64,000 nt of DNA, taken from positions 9,097 through 73,096 of the IMG/VR virus record IMGVR_UViG_3300020421_002453, one strand, 5' to 3'. The stretch is from a virus. The notes beneath the pieces were generated by a model. It searched no databases and was not told the DNA's origin. It worked only from the letters and a program-made list of their open reading frames with translations. Below, in pieces: positions 46,373-56,042 of this stretch. How positions within the stretch are numbered: position 1 is the stretch's first letter; the number at the start of each line of letters is the position of its first letter. The position numbers and the translations under genes were made by a program.

Positions 46373-47874
46373 AAATTACTTACACAGGCCATGCCGGTCT
46401 ATTGATTGAAACCAATGATGTAAATATATTATGTGACCCTTGGCATAGTGATAATCCAGCATTTTTTAAAACATGGAGTGTTTATCCAGACAATAGAAAT
46501 TTAGATTGGGATAATATTATTTCAAAAACTGATGTACTTTTTATATCTCACATCCATGAAGACCACTTTGATAAAAAGTTTTTAAAACGATTGTATTCAA
46601 AAAACAAAGAAGTAAAAGTATTGATTCCAAATTTTCGTTATGATGTACTAAAAAACAAATTGAAAAAGGTTGGATTCAATAACTTTATAACTAAAGAGTT
46701 AAACATAGGTAACACAACAGCCGTAACATATTGTTCGGAAAAAATAGATAGAGAACGAGAAGATAGTTCTATATGTATTGATGATGGTAATCTTACTTTT
46801 TTAAATTGGAATGATTCAACATTCACTCCTGAGAACAAAGAGGATATAATGAAGAGATTTGAGAAAATAGATTGGGCTACTGGTCAATTCTCTGGTGCTA
46901 CTTGGTGGCCTACTTGTTACAATTATACCGAAGAGAAGAAACAAGGTTTTATATCACAATTCAAAGAAAGAAAAGTAAGTCATTATGAGGGAATGATAGA
47001 GTATTTGGGTGTTAAAAAAATAATTCCATCTGCAGGCCCATCTTGTTTTTTACAAAAAGATATGTATCATCTAAATTACTTCGATGATAATCCAAGTGTA
47101 TTTTTTGATTGTTGGGATATACCTGAGTTTAATGATATGAAAGAAGTTTATAGAGTTATGCCTGGTGATGAATTTACTTATGATACTATTCAAGATAGGA
47201 AGATTAGACCATTTGATAAAAAAGAATATATTTTGGAAAATCAGTATTCAGTAGATTACACTTTAGACCATGATAAACTAAAATTAATTGATGAACTAAT
47301 CATGAAAAAGTTTCCAAGTTTATTAGAGAACAATGGTTGGTTGAAAAAATATATAAAATCTAAGATTTATATTAGTGTTAAAAATTATAAATCTTTTTGT
47401 TTAGATTTCAGAAAACAAACAGTTGAAATAGTTGATGAACCTGTAAGAAAAGGTGCGTGGTATATAATAAACATTGAACAAACAATAATATATACACTAT
47501 TAAGTAAGAACATTGATGATTGGGAAAATGCAGCATTCTTAAGTAATACTTGTGTGTTCGAAAGAAATCCTGATACATTTAATCCCTGGATTGTTTCTTT
47601 TTTTAGAAACTTAGATAATGGTAGACTTCAAAAAATATATGATATAGTACAATCATCTGAGGTTTTAGAGGGTAAAATGGTTGTTGGTGATTATGAAATT
47701 GATAGATATTGTGTACATCAACAATATGATTTATTATACCATGGCGTGTATGATGAAGATGAAAAAACTATGACTTGTTTAGGTCATGGGTGGATATGGG
47801 ATTTAGAATCGTGTGAGGGCATTAATTGTAGTGCCAAAATCGTATGTAAGAAAATAGTAAGACAAAGTGCTTAA
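46369..47874 (+). CDS. NamH/CMAH-like N-acyl hydroxylase: metallo-beta-lactamase fold + C-terminal Rieske domain
   Basis: GHAGLLIET....ILCDPW, SHIHEDHFD, QFSGA.WWP, PSAGP.CFL; Rieske ligands CVH...CLGH. Confidence 0.8.
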   Translation: MKITYTGHAGLLIETNDVNILCDPWHSDNPAFFKTWSVYPDNRNLDWDNIISKTDVLFISHIHEDHFDKKFLKRLYSKNKEVKVLIPNFRYDVLKNKLKKVGFNNFITKELNIGNTTAVTYCSEKIDREREDSSICIDDGNLTFLNWNDSTFTPENKEDIMKRFEKIDWATGQFSGATWWPTCYNYTEEKKQGFISQFKERKVSHYEGMIEYLGVKKIIPSAGPSCFLQKDMYHLNYFDDNPSVFFDCWDIPEFNDMKEVYRVMPGDEFTYDTIQDRKIRPFDKKEYILENQYSVDYTLDHDKLKLIDELIMKKFPSLLENNGWLKKYIKSKIYISVKNYKSFCLDFRKQTVEIVDEPVRKGAWYIINIEQTIIYTLLSKNIDDWENAAFLSNTCVFERNPDTFNPWIVSFFRNLDNGRLQKIYDIVQSSEVLEGKMVVGDYEIDRYCVHQQYDLLYHGVYDEDEKTMTCLGHGWIWDLESCEGINCSAKIVCKKIVRQSA

Positions 47875-47886
47875 GGAGAAATTTAA

Positions 47887-48885
47887 ATGAAAAATAAAAG
47901 AATATTAATATTGGGTGGAACAGGTGCTTTGGGTAGAACTTTACTCGATAGATATCAAGATGATAATCAAATTATGATTTTTTCAAGAGATGAACATAAG
48001 CATGTGAATATGCAAAAAGACAAAAGATACCATGATGATGTTCAATATAAAATTGGTGATGTTAAAGATATAGATTCTATTAGAAATGCTATTGAGGATT
48101 ATAAACCTAATGTGGTAATAAATACAGCCGCATTGAAGCATGTTCCTATTTGTGAAAGTAATACCTTTGAATCTGTAAATGTTAATATTGTTGGACATAG
48201 AAATGTTATCAATTCTGTTAAGAGAAGTAATCATCGAATAGAAACACTAATTTTTATATCAACAGATAAGGCCTGTAAACCAATTAACATTTATGGAATG
48301 TGTAAAGCAATTTCTGAGAAGTTATATATGGATTATGCAACTAAACAAGATGATATAAAAGTTTGTTTGGTTAGATATGGTAATGTATTGGAATCTACTG
48401 GTTCAGTAATTCCATTCTTCAAACATCTTATAGAAGTTGGTGATGGTGATGTATTACCAATTACAGATTTTAGAATGACAAGGTTTTTATTATCATTACC
48501 ACAGGCTACAGATTTGATTCAATGGTCGTATGATAATCCTAATTCTCATGGTAAGATTGCTATACCAAAAGTTAAATCTTTTTTAATCTCAAACATAGCC
48601 AAGTGTTTACAACAACACTATGGTAAAGAGATGAAGATAAAAGAAGTGGGAATAAGACCAGGTGAGAAAATACATGAAGAAATGATTTCATCTGAAGAAT
48701 GGTTAAGAACAGAAAATCATGATGAGAATTATTTAATAACTCAAGAGAATGAATTTTTCCAACCAGGTCAACCATCTACTATAGGAGTTGATGCTCCAAT
48801 AGAAATGTATTCCTATAGTTCAAAAGATGATTTAATGGATTTAGAAGAAACTATGAAATTTTTAAAAGAGACTGGTGTAATATAA
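47887..48885 (+). CDS. UDP-GlcNAc 4,6-dehydratase (PseB/FlaA1/CapD family)
   Basis: GGTGALG, FSRDE.K, GDVKD, AALKHVP.CE, STDKA..P.N.YG..K, RYGNV..S.GSVIP, GIRPGEK.HE. Confidence 0.92.
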   Translation: MKNKRILILGGTGALGRTLLDRYQDDNQIMIFSRDEHKHVNMQKDKRYHDDVQYKIGDVKDIDSIRNAIEDYKPNVVINTAALKHVPICESNTFESVNVNIVGHRNVINSVKRSNHRIETLIFISTDKACKPINIYGMCKAISEKLYMDYATKQDDIKVCLVRYGNVLESTGSVIPFFKHLIEVGDGDVLPITDFRMTRFLLSLPQATDLIQWSYDNPNSHGKIAIPKVKSFLISNIAKCLQQHYGKEMKIKEVGIRPGEKIHEEMISSEEWLRTENHDENYLITQENEFFQPGQPSTIGVDAPIEMYSYSSKDDLMDLEETMKFLKETGVI

Positions 48886-49778
48886 TGTATACAATAAGAG
48901 AAGATACAGAGTTTGGGTTGGATATGGTTAGAGGTTTACCAAGAGTTTGGCATTGTGTAAAAACCGAAACACCACATCAAATATTATGTAAACCTGGTTT
49001 AGTTGAGATGTATAGAGAGTTTACTGATAATGTTGTGGTTAATAAATCTTGGCATCCAAATAATCCTGATGATTTGTATGGTATTGAAAGACCAGAGTGG
49101 ACAATGGATATGTGGAATCCACCACCACTAAAAGAAATGTATAAAGATAAGATTGAGTTTGATAAACCAACGATTGTTATTAATAATAAGTTTATAAGTG
49201 AGTTATCTTTAAATAAAGTAAATGAAACTTTAGGGAAATATCCAAGTATAGATTTAAGTATGGGTGCTATGATTGAAGATGATACATTTTGTTCAATAAA
49301 TCATTATAGTATGGAGTTTATTGATAAATTAGTTAAAAAATATTCTGATAAATTTAAAATAATTTACATTTCACCAATAGTAAGTGATAGTTATTTTAAA
49401 GACCATCAAAAGATGATTAGAGTAAATGATTATGAATATCTTGAAGAAAATCATCCTGAAGTTTATACTATTAAACAACATATGAAAAATAGAAACATTA
49501 GTTATAATATTGCACAATTTGAACTTGAAGCATCATCAGAAAAACATTTAAGTTTACTTGGTGGTAATTGTAAAGTATCTTCATATTTTGGTGGTGATGT
49601 TATTATTTACCTAAGTGATATGTGGAAGTATGGTTCACCAGTTCATCGTGATGGTAAAAAAGGAGAAAGAGGAATATTCAAAACAGGTTCTTGGTTACGA
49701 CACTTATCAGGTGCAAACATTATTCAATGTAATTCATACAAAGATATTTTTAATCATATAGAAACTGAGTGGAAATGA
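48885..49778 (+). CDS. Hypothetical protein in glycan island (possible glycosyltransferase)
   Basis: 297-aa ORF; context only. Confidence 0.5.
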   Translation: MYTIREDTEFGLDMVRGLPRVWHCVKTETPHQILCKPGLVEMYREFTDNVVVNKSWHPNNPDDLYGIERPEWTMDMWNPPPLKEMYKDKIEFDKPTIVINNKFISELSLNKVNETLGKYPSIDLSMGAMIEDDTFCSINHYSMEFIDKLVKKYSDKFKIIYISPIVSDSYFKDHQKMIRVNDYEYLEENHPEVYTIKQHMKNRNISYNIAQFELEASSEKHLSLLGGNCKVSSYFGGDVIIYLSDMWKYGSPVHRDGKKGERGIFKTGSWLRHLSGANIIQCNSYKDIFNHIETEWK

Positions 49779-50449
49779 ACAAGAGTATAACAGAATTAAA
49801 AAACATCCATAAGGGTGAAGATATTTGGATTATAGGTGCTGGTTCATCTATGGATTATGTTGATAAATCATTCTTTGATAATAAGATTTGTATTGGTGTG
49901 AATCAAATGTTTCAGTATTTTCCTTGTGAGTATGTAGTGGGTAGAGATTTACAAGTAAGAGTAAGGTGGGATGAAACCGTAAAAGAATTATCCAATAGAA
50001 AAGATATTAAGTTTTTATATAGTAGATATCATCAAGGATATGGTGGAGAAAATCCAATAATTCCATCAGATAATTTCTATGAATTTGAAAGTGGAATAAA
50101 TGATGATATTAAAGGATTAGAGTGTGTTGGTACAGATAAGATGGTTGCAATCAGAACCACACTAAACACTTGTATAAATATTGCAGGTTACATGGGTGCA
50201 AAAAATATAATGATATGTGGTAAAGATGAGGGTAAGATAAATGGTAATCTTTACTACAAAGGTTATGTAAAAGATAAATGGCCAGATGCTGGTAATTGGA
50301 GTGGGATAGAACATTGGTTGTATCTTACAGAGAAAAACACAATGATGGTTCGTGATAGAGTAAAGGAAGTTTATGATTGTAACATTCATTCATTGAATCC
50401 ATTTATTAATTTTAAATTAGAAGGAAATGAATATGAACCGACTAAGTAA
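49769..50449 (+). CDS. DUF115/Maf-like (sialyltransferase-related) protein
   Basis: LKNIHKGE.IWIIGAGSS, IGVN, A.YMGAKNI.ICG.D pattern. Confidence 0.7.
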   Translation: MEMNKSITELKNIHKGEDIWIIGAGSSMDYVDKSFFDNKICIGVNQMFQYFPCEYVVGRDLQVRVRWDETVKELSNRKDIKFLYSRYHQGYGGENPIIPSDNFYEFESGINDDIKGLECVGTDKMVAIRTTLNTCINIAGYMGAKNIMICGKDEGKINGNLYYKGYVKDKWPDAGNWSGIEHWLYLTEKNTMMVRDRVKEVYDCNIHSLNPFINFKLEGNEYEPTK

Positions 50450-50996
50450 AGATGAAGTGAAAGAATTGGTATTTGATATACCAGATAAGTTCCAATGGCC
50501 TACCACTACATCGTGGAATTTTAAAAATCAATTGATTGATGAATTTTATGGAAGTGATTGTGATGTATTAGAAGTGGGTTGCCATAAAGGACAAACAAGT
50601 AAAATACTATCTTATTTATTTAATAATGTTTTTACTATAAATATAAATCCACCAAGTACTGATTTCCCTACAGAAGAAAATATAATTTATGAACAAATGA
50701 ATTCTTATACTGATAAATGGAAATTTGATAAGTGGAAAAATGTAGATGTAGTTATGATTGATGCTGTTCATCAATATGATGAAGTAAAACAAGATACTGA
50801 AAATGCCTTGAAGTTAAAACCTAAATATATTATTTGGGATGATTATGGTAATGAAGAGTTTTCTGGTGTTAAAAAATATGTGGATGAGTTTGTAAAAGAT
50901 AAATATAAATTAATCCCTATTGGGTTATCAGATGGCGAGTTTTTTAAGGCCAACGAAAAGATAGTTGGTTCAGAAGGAGTTATGATTAAAGTATGA
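50427..50996 (+). CDS. Class I SAM-dependent methyltransferase (Methyltransf_24-like)
   Basis: VLEVGCHKG.TS, D.VMIDA.H.Y..VK.D, I.WDDY. Confidence 0.8.
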   Translation: MNMNRLSKDEVKELVFDIPDKFQWPTTTSWNFKNQLIDEFYGSDCDVLEVGCHKGQTSKILSYLFNNVFTININPPSTDFPTEENIIYEQMNSYTDKWKFDKWKNVDVVMIDAVHQYDEVKQDTENALKLKPKYIIWDDYGNEEFSGVKKYVDEFVKDKYKLIPIGLSDGEFFKANEKIVGSEGVMIKV

Positions 50997-51763
50997 ATGC
51001 AATATACATGGTGGCAATAGACCACAATAAATCTAATTGGAAACATTCTAATTTTTCACAATACTCTACTAAATCTTGGGAGAGATGGTGTGAGAAAAAC
51101 GGAGTGGATTTTCATTGTGTAACAAAACATGATGAACGATATGGGTATCCTATATGGAATAAATTAAATGTAGTAGATGTATGTAAAGATTATGATAAGA
51201 TTGGTATTGTTGATTGTGATACTATGATTAACATTAATGCTCCAAACATTTTTGATGAACTTGAAGATGGAATTAGTGGAGTACATGATGATAGTAATTT
51301 AAAATGGATATATGATAGTATAAATAATTATGGTGTGTATTTTGCAAACGAAATGGATTATGAAAAGTACATAAATGCTGGAGTAGTATTTCTTGATAAC
51401 AAATCATTAGAGGTATACAAACAATTACAAGATTTTTATTTTACATATCAAGAAGAACTTGATAATTGGAATAAGGGTGGTGGAAGAGAACAAACACTAT
51501 TTAATTATCATGTACAAGGTATGGGTTTAAAGGTAAATTTATTATCAGCAAAATGGAATGTTTTAGATATAGGTAGAAGAGAGTTATGGCAATGTAATTG
51601 GCAACAAGAACCACTAACAAATCCAAACAAACCATTTGAGTGGTTGGAGGCTGGTAAGAAACCACATTATGTTAACTATGGTTGTATTTACCACTTTACA
51701 GGATTTCCAATTGAGATGAGAGAACAAGTTATGAGATATACATGGGAGTTAGAAAATGACTAA
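50993..51763 (+). CDS. Glycosyltransferase, GT-A fold (GT8/GT34-like)
   Basis: DCD motif, PNIF, YINAGV, EQTLFNY, WN, YHF.G. Confidence 0.8.
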   Translation: MNAIYMVAIDHNKSNWKHSNFSQYSTKSWERWCEKNGVDFHCVTKHDERYGYPIWNKLNVVDVCKDYDKIGIVDCDTMININAPNIFDELEDGISGVHDDSNLKWIYDSINNYGVYFANEMDYEKYINAGVVFLDNKSLEVYKQLQDFYFTYQEELDNWNKGGGREQTLFNYHVQGMGLKVNLLSAKWNVLDIGRRELWQCNWQQEPLTNPNKPFEWLEAGKKPHYVNYGCIYHFTGFPIEMREQVMRYTWELEND

Positions 51764-52490
51764 TGTAGTATTTTTAGTTGCCATAGGCAATAAAACTGAA
51801 TATGAAGTTTGTAAACAATCTTGGAAAAAGTGGTGTGATAAACATGGTGTAGAATTAGTTGTACTTGACCAAGAGATACGACCAAAAGAAGAAATGTTCT
51901 ATAACTTTCAGAGATATTATATGTTTGAATTACTTGATAATATGGGGATTGATTATGATGGTGTATTGACTGTAGATTGTGATACACTAATTCATCCAAA
52001 CACACCAAACTTTTTTGAAACTACTGATAGAGATAAATTATATATGGTAAAAGATAATGGAAGTTATGATTGGATTATCAGAGGATTAGAGTGGTATAAA
52101 CATTTATTCACTAACGATGGATTTGATATCTTTGAGTATTCTAATAGTGGATTTCAATTGATGGGTAAGAAACATAAAGATTTCTATACAAAGATGTTGG
52201 AGTTATGGGAAGAAAAGGGTGATGAGATAATAGAGATATCTGAAAAATATGGATTGGGTAAAGAACAGGCCATATGGAATTGGATGATTAGAGAACATGA
52301 TATAGAATATGAATTACTACCATACAAATATAACATGACAAACATGGCTACAAAAGAAATATTAAACATCAACATATTCACTAAGTTAGGTTGGATTTAC
52401 CACTTTAATGGACTAGAAGGAAAAGAAGAGGGAAGTGTGAGAAGAGTAATGGAAGAAACTTATAGGTATTTAAATGAAATTGAATTATAA
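51756..52490 (+). CDS. Glycosyltransferase, GT-A fold (paralog of upstream gene)
   Basis: SW..WC.K.GV, VDCDT.I...PN.F, NSG, EQ..WN, YHFNG. Confidence 0.8.
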   Translation: MTNVVFLVAIGNKTEYEVCKQSWKKWCDKHGVELVVLDQEIRPKEEMFYNFQRYYMFELLDNMGIDYDGVLTVDCDTLIHPNTPNFFETTDRDKLYMVKDNGSYDWIIRGLEWYKHLFTNDGFDIFEYSNSGFQLMGKKHKDFYTKMLELWEEKGDEIIEISEKYGLGKEQAIWNWMIREHDIEYELLPYKYNMTNMATKEILNINIFTKLGWIYHFNGLEGKEEGSVRRVMEETYRYLNEIEL

Positions 52491-53514
52491 ATTTGCGATA
52501 GGTTGTTTAGTACAATTCTATGAGATACATATCATCAAGGATTATTTATTAAGTGTAAAGAATTCTTTAGAGAATGTAGAAAATAAAAATAATGTTTTGA
52601 TTGATATATGTTTTAATTTGAATCAAGGATTAGAAAAGGTTGATGATAATAAAACATCGGTTGGTGAACTACGAGATAAGTTCAGAGAAATACTAAAGGA
52701 TGTATTTGGTTATGACCATCATTATGATGATGCACAAAACTACAATATAAAATTAGTGGAACATGATACTAATGGTGGTAGTTCAATAGAACAGATTTAT
52801 ACTATTGCAGATTATAGAAGAGAGTTTAATGAAAAGTATTGTGAACAAGTTGATGTGTTAATGTGGGGAGAGAGTGATTCACTAATCCCAAAACAAACTT
52901 GGGAAATATTACAGAACTTACATTTTGCATCAGAGAATAATGGTGTTCACAAGTATGTTAGTTTCTTTGCTACTTGTAAAATGTGGGATGATACTTGGAA
53001 AGTATTAGAACATCCAGAGTTTACAGATAAACCATTCATAGAAATGGATACTGAGAATTGGTGGAGTTTACGATATAATATGAACCAAGATGAAATGGAT
53101 AAGATTAATGATAGAACTGAAGAATTGGATATACAACAAACAACACAATTAAAGTTTAATGGGTGTGGATTAGTTATATCATCAGATGTAATCAAGAGTG
53201 GTGCAAACATACCAAAGAGTGTATTCTTTGTACATGAAGATACAGCATTTATGAATAATTGTTTGATACATTTCAGAAACCAATTACCACAATATATTAT
53301 TAAGAATATTTTATTGGTACATAACAGAAAGTTACCAAACAAAAGAATGTATATTAAAGGACAAGATATACAAGATGGTGATATGACAGAGATGAGAAAG
53401 AAACAATATTGGTTTCACAATGCTGATAAGATGAGTCAAATGAATGCATTCAATACAACAGAACAAGGATATACATATTCATGGGAAGATGTATTTAGGG
53501 AGTATAATGAATAA
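52474..53514 (+). CDS. Hypothetical protein, possible GT-A glycosyltransferase
   Basis: ESD and HED motifs sit where GT-A DxD/ED motifs would; glycan-island context. Confidence 0.45.
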   Translation: MKLNYKFAIGCLVQFYEIHIIKDYLLSVKNSLENVENKNNVLIDICFNLNQGLEKVDDNKTSVGELRDKFREILKDVFGYDHHYDDAQNYNIKLVEHDTNGGSSIEQIYTIADYRREFNEKYCEQVDVLMWGESDSLIPKQTWEILQNLHFASENNGVHKYVSFFATCKMWDDTWKVLEHPEFTDKPFIEMDTENWWSLRYNMNQDEMDKINDRTEELDIQQTTQLKFNGCGLVISSDVIKSGANIPKSVFFVHEDTAFMNNCLIHFRNQLPQYIIKNILLVHNRKLPNKRMYIKGQDIQDGDMTEMRKKQYWFHNADKMSQMNAFNTTEQGYTYSWEDVFREYNE

Positions 53515-54214
53515 TTTAATAGTAGCAATAGATGATGTACATCCAGAAAAAGGTTGGGGAGTTGAGGGTGATGTTCAAGTACAATACCTTGAAAACCTAC
53601 ATCATAATTTTGGAGTAAAGTTTAACTTATTTGTACCAAGTAATTACCACAATAAGTTTCCAATCACAAAAGAGTTTGTAGATTTTTGGACACAACACGA
53701 TTGGATAGAGTTAAGTAATCATGGACACTTTCATGCTTGTCAAGATAAAGAAATCACAGGTTTAAATAAGAAATCAGGTGAGAAAGTTATTTTGGAACTT
53801 GGTGAGATGGAGTTTATGGAACTACAACATGGTGATGCAGTTCAAAGAATACAAGAGAGTTTGAATTTATGGAATGCTTGTGGATATAGACCAAGAGGAT
53901 TCAGAGCACCAGGTTGGGGAGTGAACCAACAATCAGCAGATGCTATCAGTAGTTATTTTGATTGGACGGCAGGACACAATAAAATAAATTCAGCAATAAA
54001 ATGGGGATGTCAATTCTTTGAAGGTCATGATGGAATAAATGAATCTGATAATATAAATTTATATGGTAATACATTTATGTTTCAATCACATATTAATGGT
54101 ACACATAATGAAAATGTGTGGAATGAAGAAAATTTTTTACATTTTGAGAAAGTTTTAGAATATTTATTATCACAATATAAAATACAATTCAGAACAATAT
54201 CAGAGATAAAATGA
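53507..54214 (+). CDS. Polysaccharide deacetylase (CE4/DUF2334-like)
   Basis: IDDVHP, HGHFH, GFRAPGW; start refined to ATG 53507. Confidence 0.8.
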   Translation: MNNLIVAIDDVHPEKGWGVEGDVQVQYLENLHHNFGVKFNLFVPSNYHNKFPITKEFVDFWTQHDWIELSNHGHFHACQDKEITGLNKKSGEKVILELGEMEFMELQHGDAVQRIQESLNLWNACGYRPRGFRAPGWGVNQQSADAISSYFDWTAGHNKINSAIKWGCQFFEGHDGINESDNINLYGNTFMFQSHINGTHNENVWNEENFLHFEKVLEYLLSQYKIQFRTISEIK

Positions 54215-55146
54215 AAGTTGCATTCTTTTCAGAAATAGGTAATAACCAAAAATATCCAAGAACTTTTCCAAATGCTCGTACAGAGGTGGCATGGTGTTTG
54301 GCACTTGAAGCTCCAATGTGTAGTTTGACTCCATCACAAAAAGAAAGAATAGATGATGATTTTGATTTGGGTATTGTAATTATACCTAAGAATAATCCTG
54401 AACTAATTGATTGGGAATGGGTTAGAAGTAAATGTGATAAAGTGGCAGTAATGCAAGAAGGCCCACATTGGTATTTTCAAGACTATGACATAAACAATCA
54501 GTTTAATTATTATAATGCTTTGATGGAGGCCGATAGGGTGTATTGTCATAACGAATCTGATGTAAGTTATTATCTTGGGTTGGGTTGTAAAGATGTAAGA
54601 GTGATGAGAAGTTTAATGATACCTGCTGGAATATCAAGTAGAGGTGATGATGAAATAGGTAATGGTGGAATAATCTTAGGTGGTAATTTTGTTTCTTGGT
54701 ATGGTGGATTTGATTCTTATATAGTATCAAGAGAATTTGGATTAAAACTATCTGCACCATCAATGGGTAGAAAACAAGAACAAGAAAGTTTGATAGAAGA
54801 TATAAACTATCTGCCATATATGAATTGGAGATTATGGATTACAGGATTAGCACAATATAAGTTTGGTGTACATTTGATGAGAACTCATGCTGCTGGAACA
54901 TTTAGTATGAACTTGGCCTATCATGGAATACCTTGTGTTGGGTATAAGGGATTAGATACTCAAGAAATATTACATCCATTAACTACCGTTGAGATTGGTG
55001 ATTTAGAAAAGGCAAAAGATATAGTAGGTAAACTTACTAACGATAGAGATTTCTATAAGTTATGTAGGAATACCATTCGAAAAAGATTTATTAATAATTA
55101 TTCCGAGAAAGCTTGGAAAGAAAATTGGAAGGAACTACATAGATGA
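54211..55146 (+). CDS. Putative GT-B glycosyltransferase
   Basis: C-terminal GTFSMNLAYHGIPCVG resembles the GT-B donor-binding region; island context. Confidence 0.5.
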   Translation: MKVAFFSEIGNNQKYPRTFPNARTEVAWCLALEAPMCSLTPSQKERIDDDFDLGIVIIPKNNPELIDWEWVRSKCDKVAVMQEGPHWYFQDYDINNQFNYYNALMEADRVYCHNESDVSYYLGLGCKDVRVMRSLMIPAGISSRGDDEIGNGGIILGGNFVSWYGGFDSYIVSREFGLKLSAPSMGRKQEQESLIEDINYLPYMNWRLWITGLAQYKFGVHLMRTHAAGTFSMNLAYHGIPCVGYKGLDTQEILHPLTTVEIGDLEKAKDIVGKLTNDRDFYKLCRNTIRKRFINNYSEKAWKENWKELHR

Positions 55147-56042
55147 AAGTATTAGTAACAGGTGGAGCAGGATTTATAGGAACAAACCTAATAAAGAGAT
55201 TATTAGACGATGGACATAGTGTAATTAGTTTTGATAATTATACTACAGGTAAGAAAGAAAACCATCAAGAGGGTTGTGAGTATGTAGAGGTTGATATAAC
55301 AGATGACTATGATATACAATCAGAATTATTATATGAAGATATTGATTTAATATACCACTTGGCTGCTTTGGCAAGAATACAACCATCATTTAAAAATCCA
55401 ACAAACACTTTTAAAACAAATGTAGTTGGAACTATGAATATAATGAATTGGGCAAAAGAACATAATTGTCCTGTAGTATATGCTGGTTCAAGTTCTAAAC
55501 ATGGTGGTGTATATAAAAATCCATACACTTTTACAAAACATCAAGGTGAAGAAATAGTAGAAATGTACAATAGGGTTTATGGAGTTCCATCGGCCATTTG
55601 TAGATTTTATAATGTGTATGGGCCTCATCAATTAACAGAGGGAAATTATTGTACCGTAGTTGGTATTTTTCAAAGACAATATGAAGAGGGTGTTGAACTA
55701 ACTATTACAGGTGATGGTGAACAGAGAAGAGATTTTACTCATGTGTTTGATATCGTAGATGGGTTTGTAAAATGTGGTAATTCTTTAGTGATTCCAAATG
55801 CATATAATGCCATCGTTGATGGGGAAACTTTTGAATTAGGTAGAGGTGAGAACTATTCAATAAATGTTATTGCAGATTCATTTGATGCTGGATATACATA
55901 CATACCTGAAAGACCAGGTGAAGTTAGAGAAACACTTTGTAAAGATACAAAGGCACATAAACTATTGGGTTGGAAACCTACAATAGATATATTAGATTAC
56001 ATAGAGGGGATTAGAGTTGAAAAACAAATATCAAACAATTAG
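55143..56042 (+). CDS. NAD-dependent nucleotide-sugar epimerase/dehydratase
   Basis: VTGGAGFIG, YHLAA, YTFTK (YxxxK), RFYNVYGP, GDGEQRRDFTHV.D. Confidence 0.93.
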   Translation: MKVLVTGGAGFIGTNLIKRLLDDGHSVISFDNYTTGKKENHQEGCEYVEVDITDDYDIQSELLYEDIDLIYHLAALARIQPSFKNPTNTFKTNVVGTMNIMNWAKEHNCPVVYAGSSSKHGGVYKNPYTFTKHQGEEIVEMYNRVYGVPSAICRFYNVYGPHQLTEGNYCTVVGIFQRQYEEGVELTITGDGEQRRDFTHVFDIVDGFVKCGNSLVIPNAYNAIVDGETFELGRGENYSINVIADSFDAGYTYIPERPGEVRETLCKDTKAHKLLGWKPTIDILDYIEGIRVEKQISNN

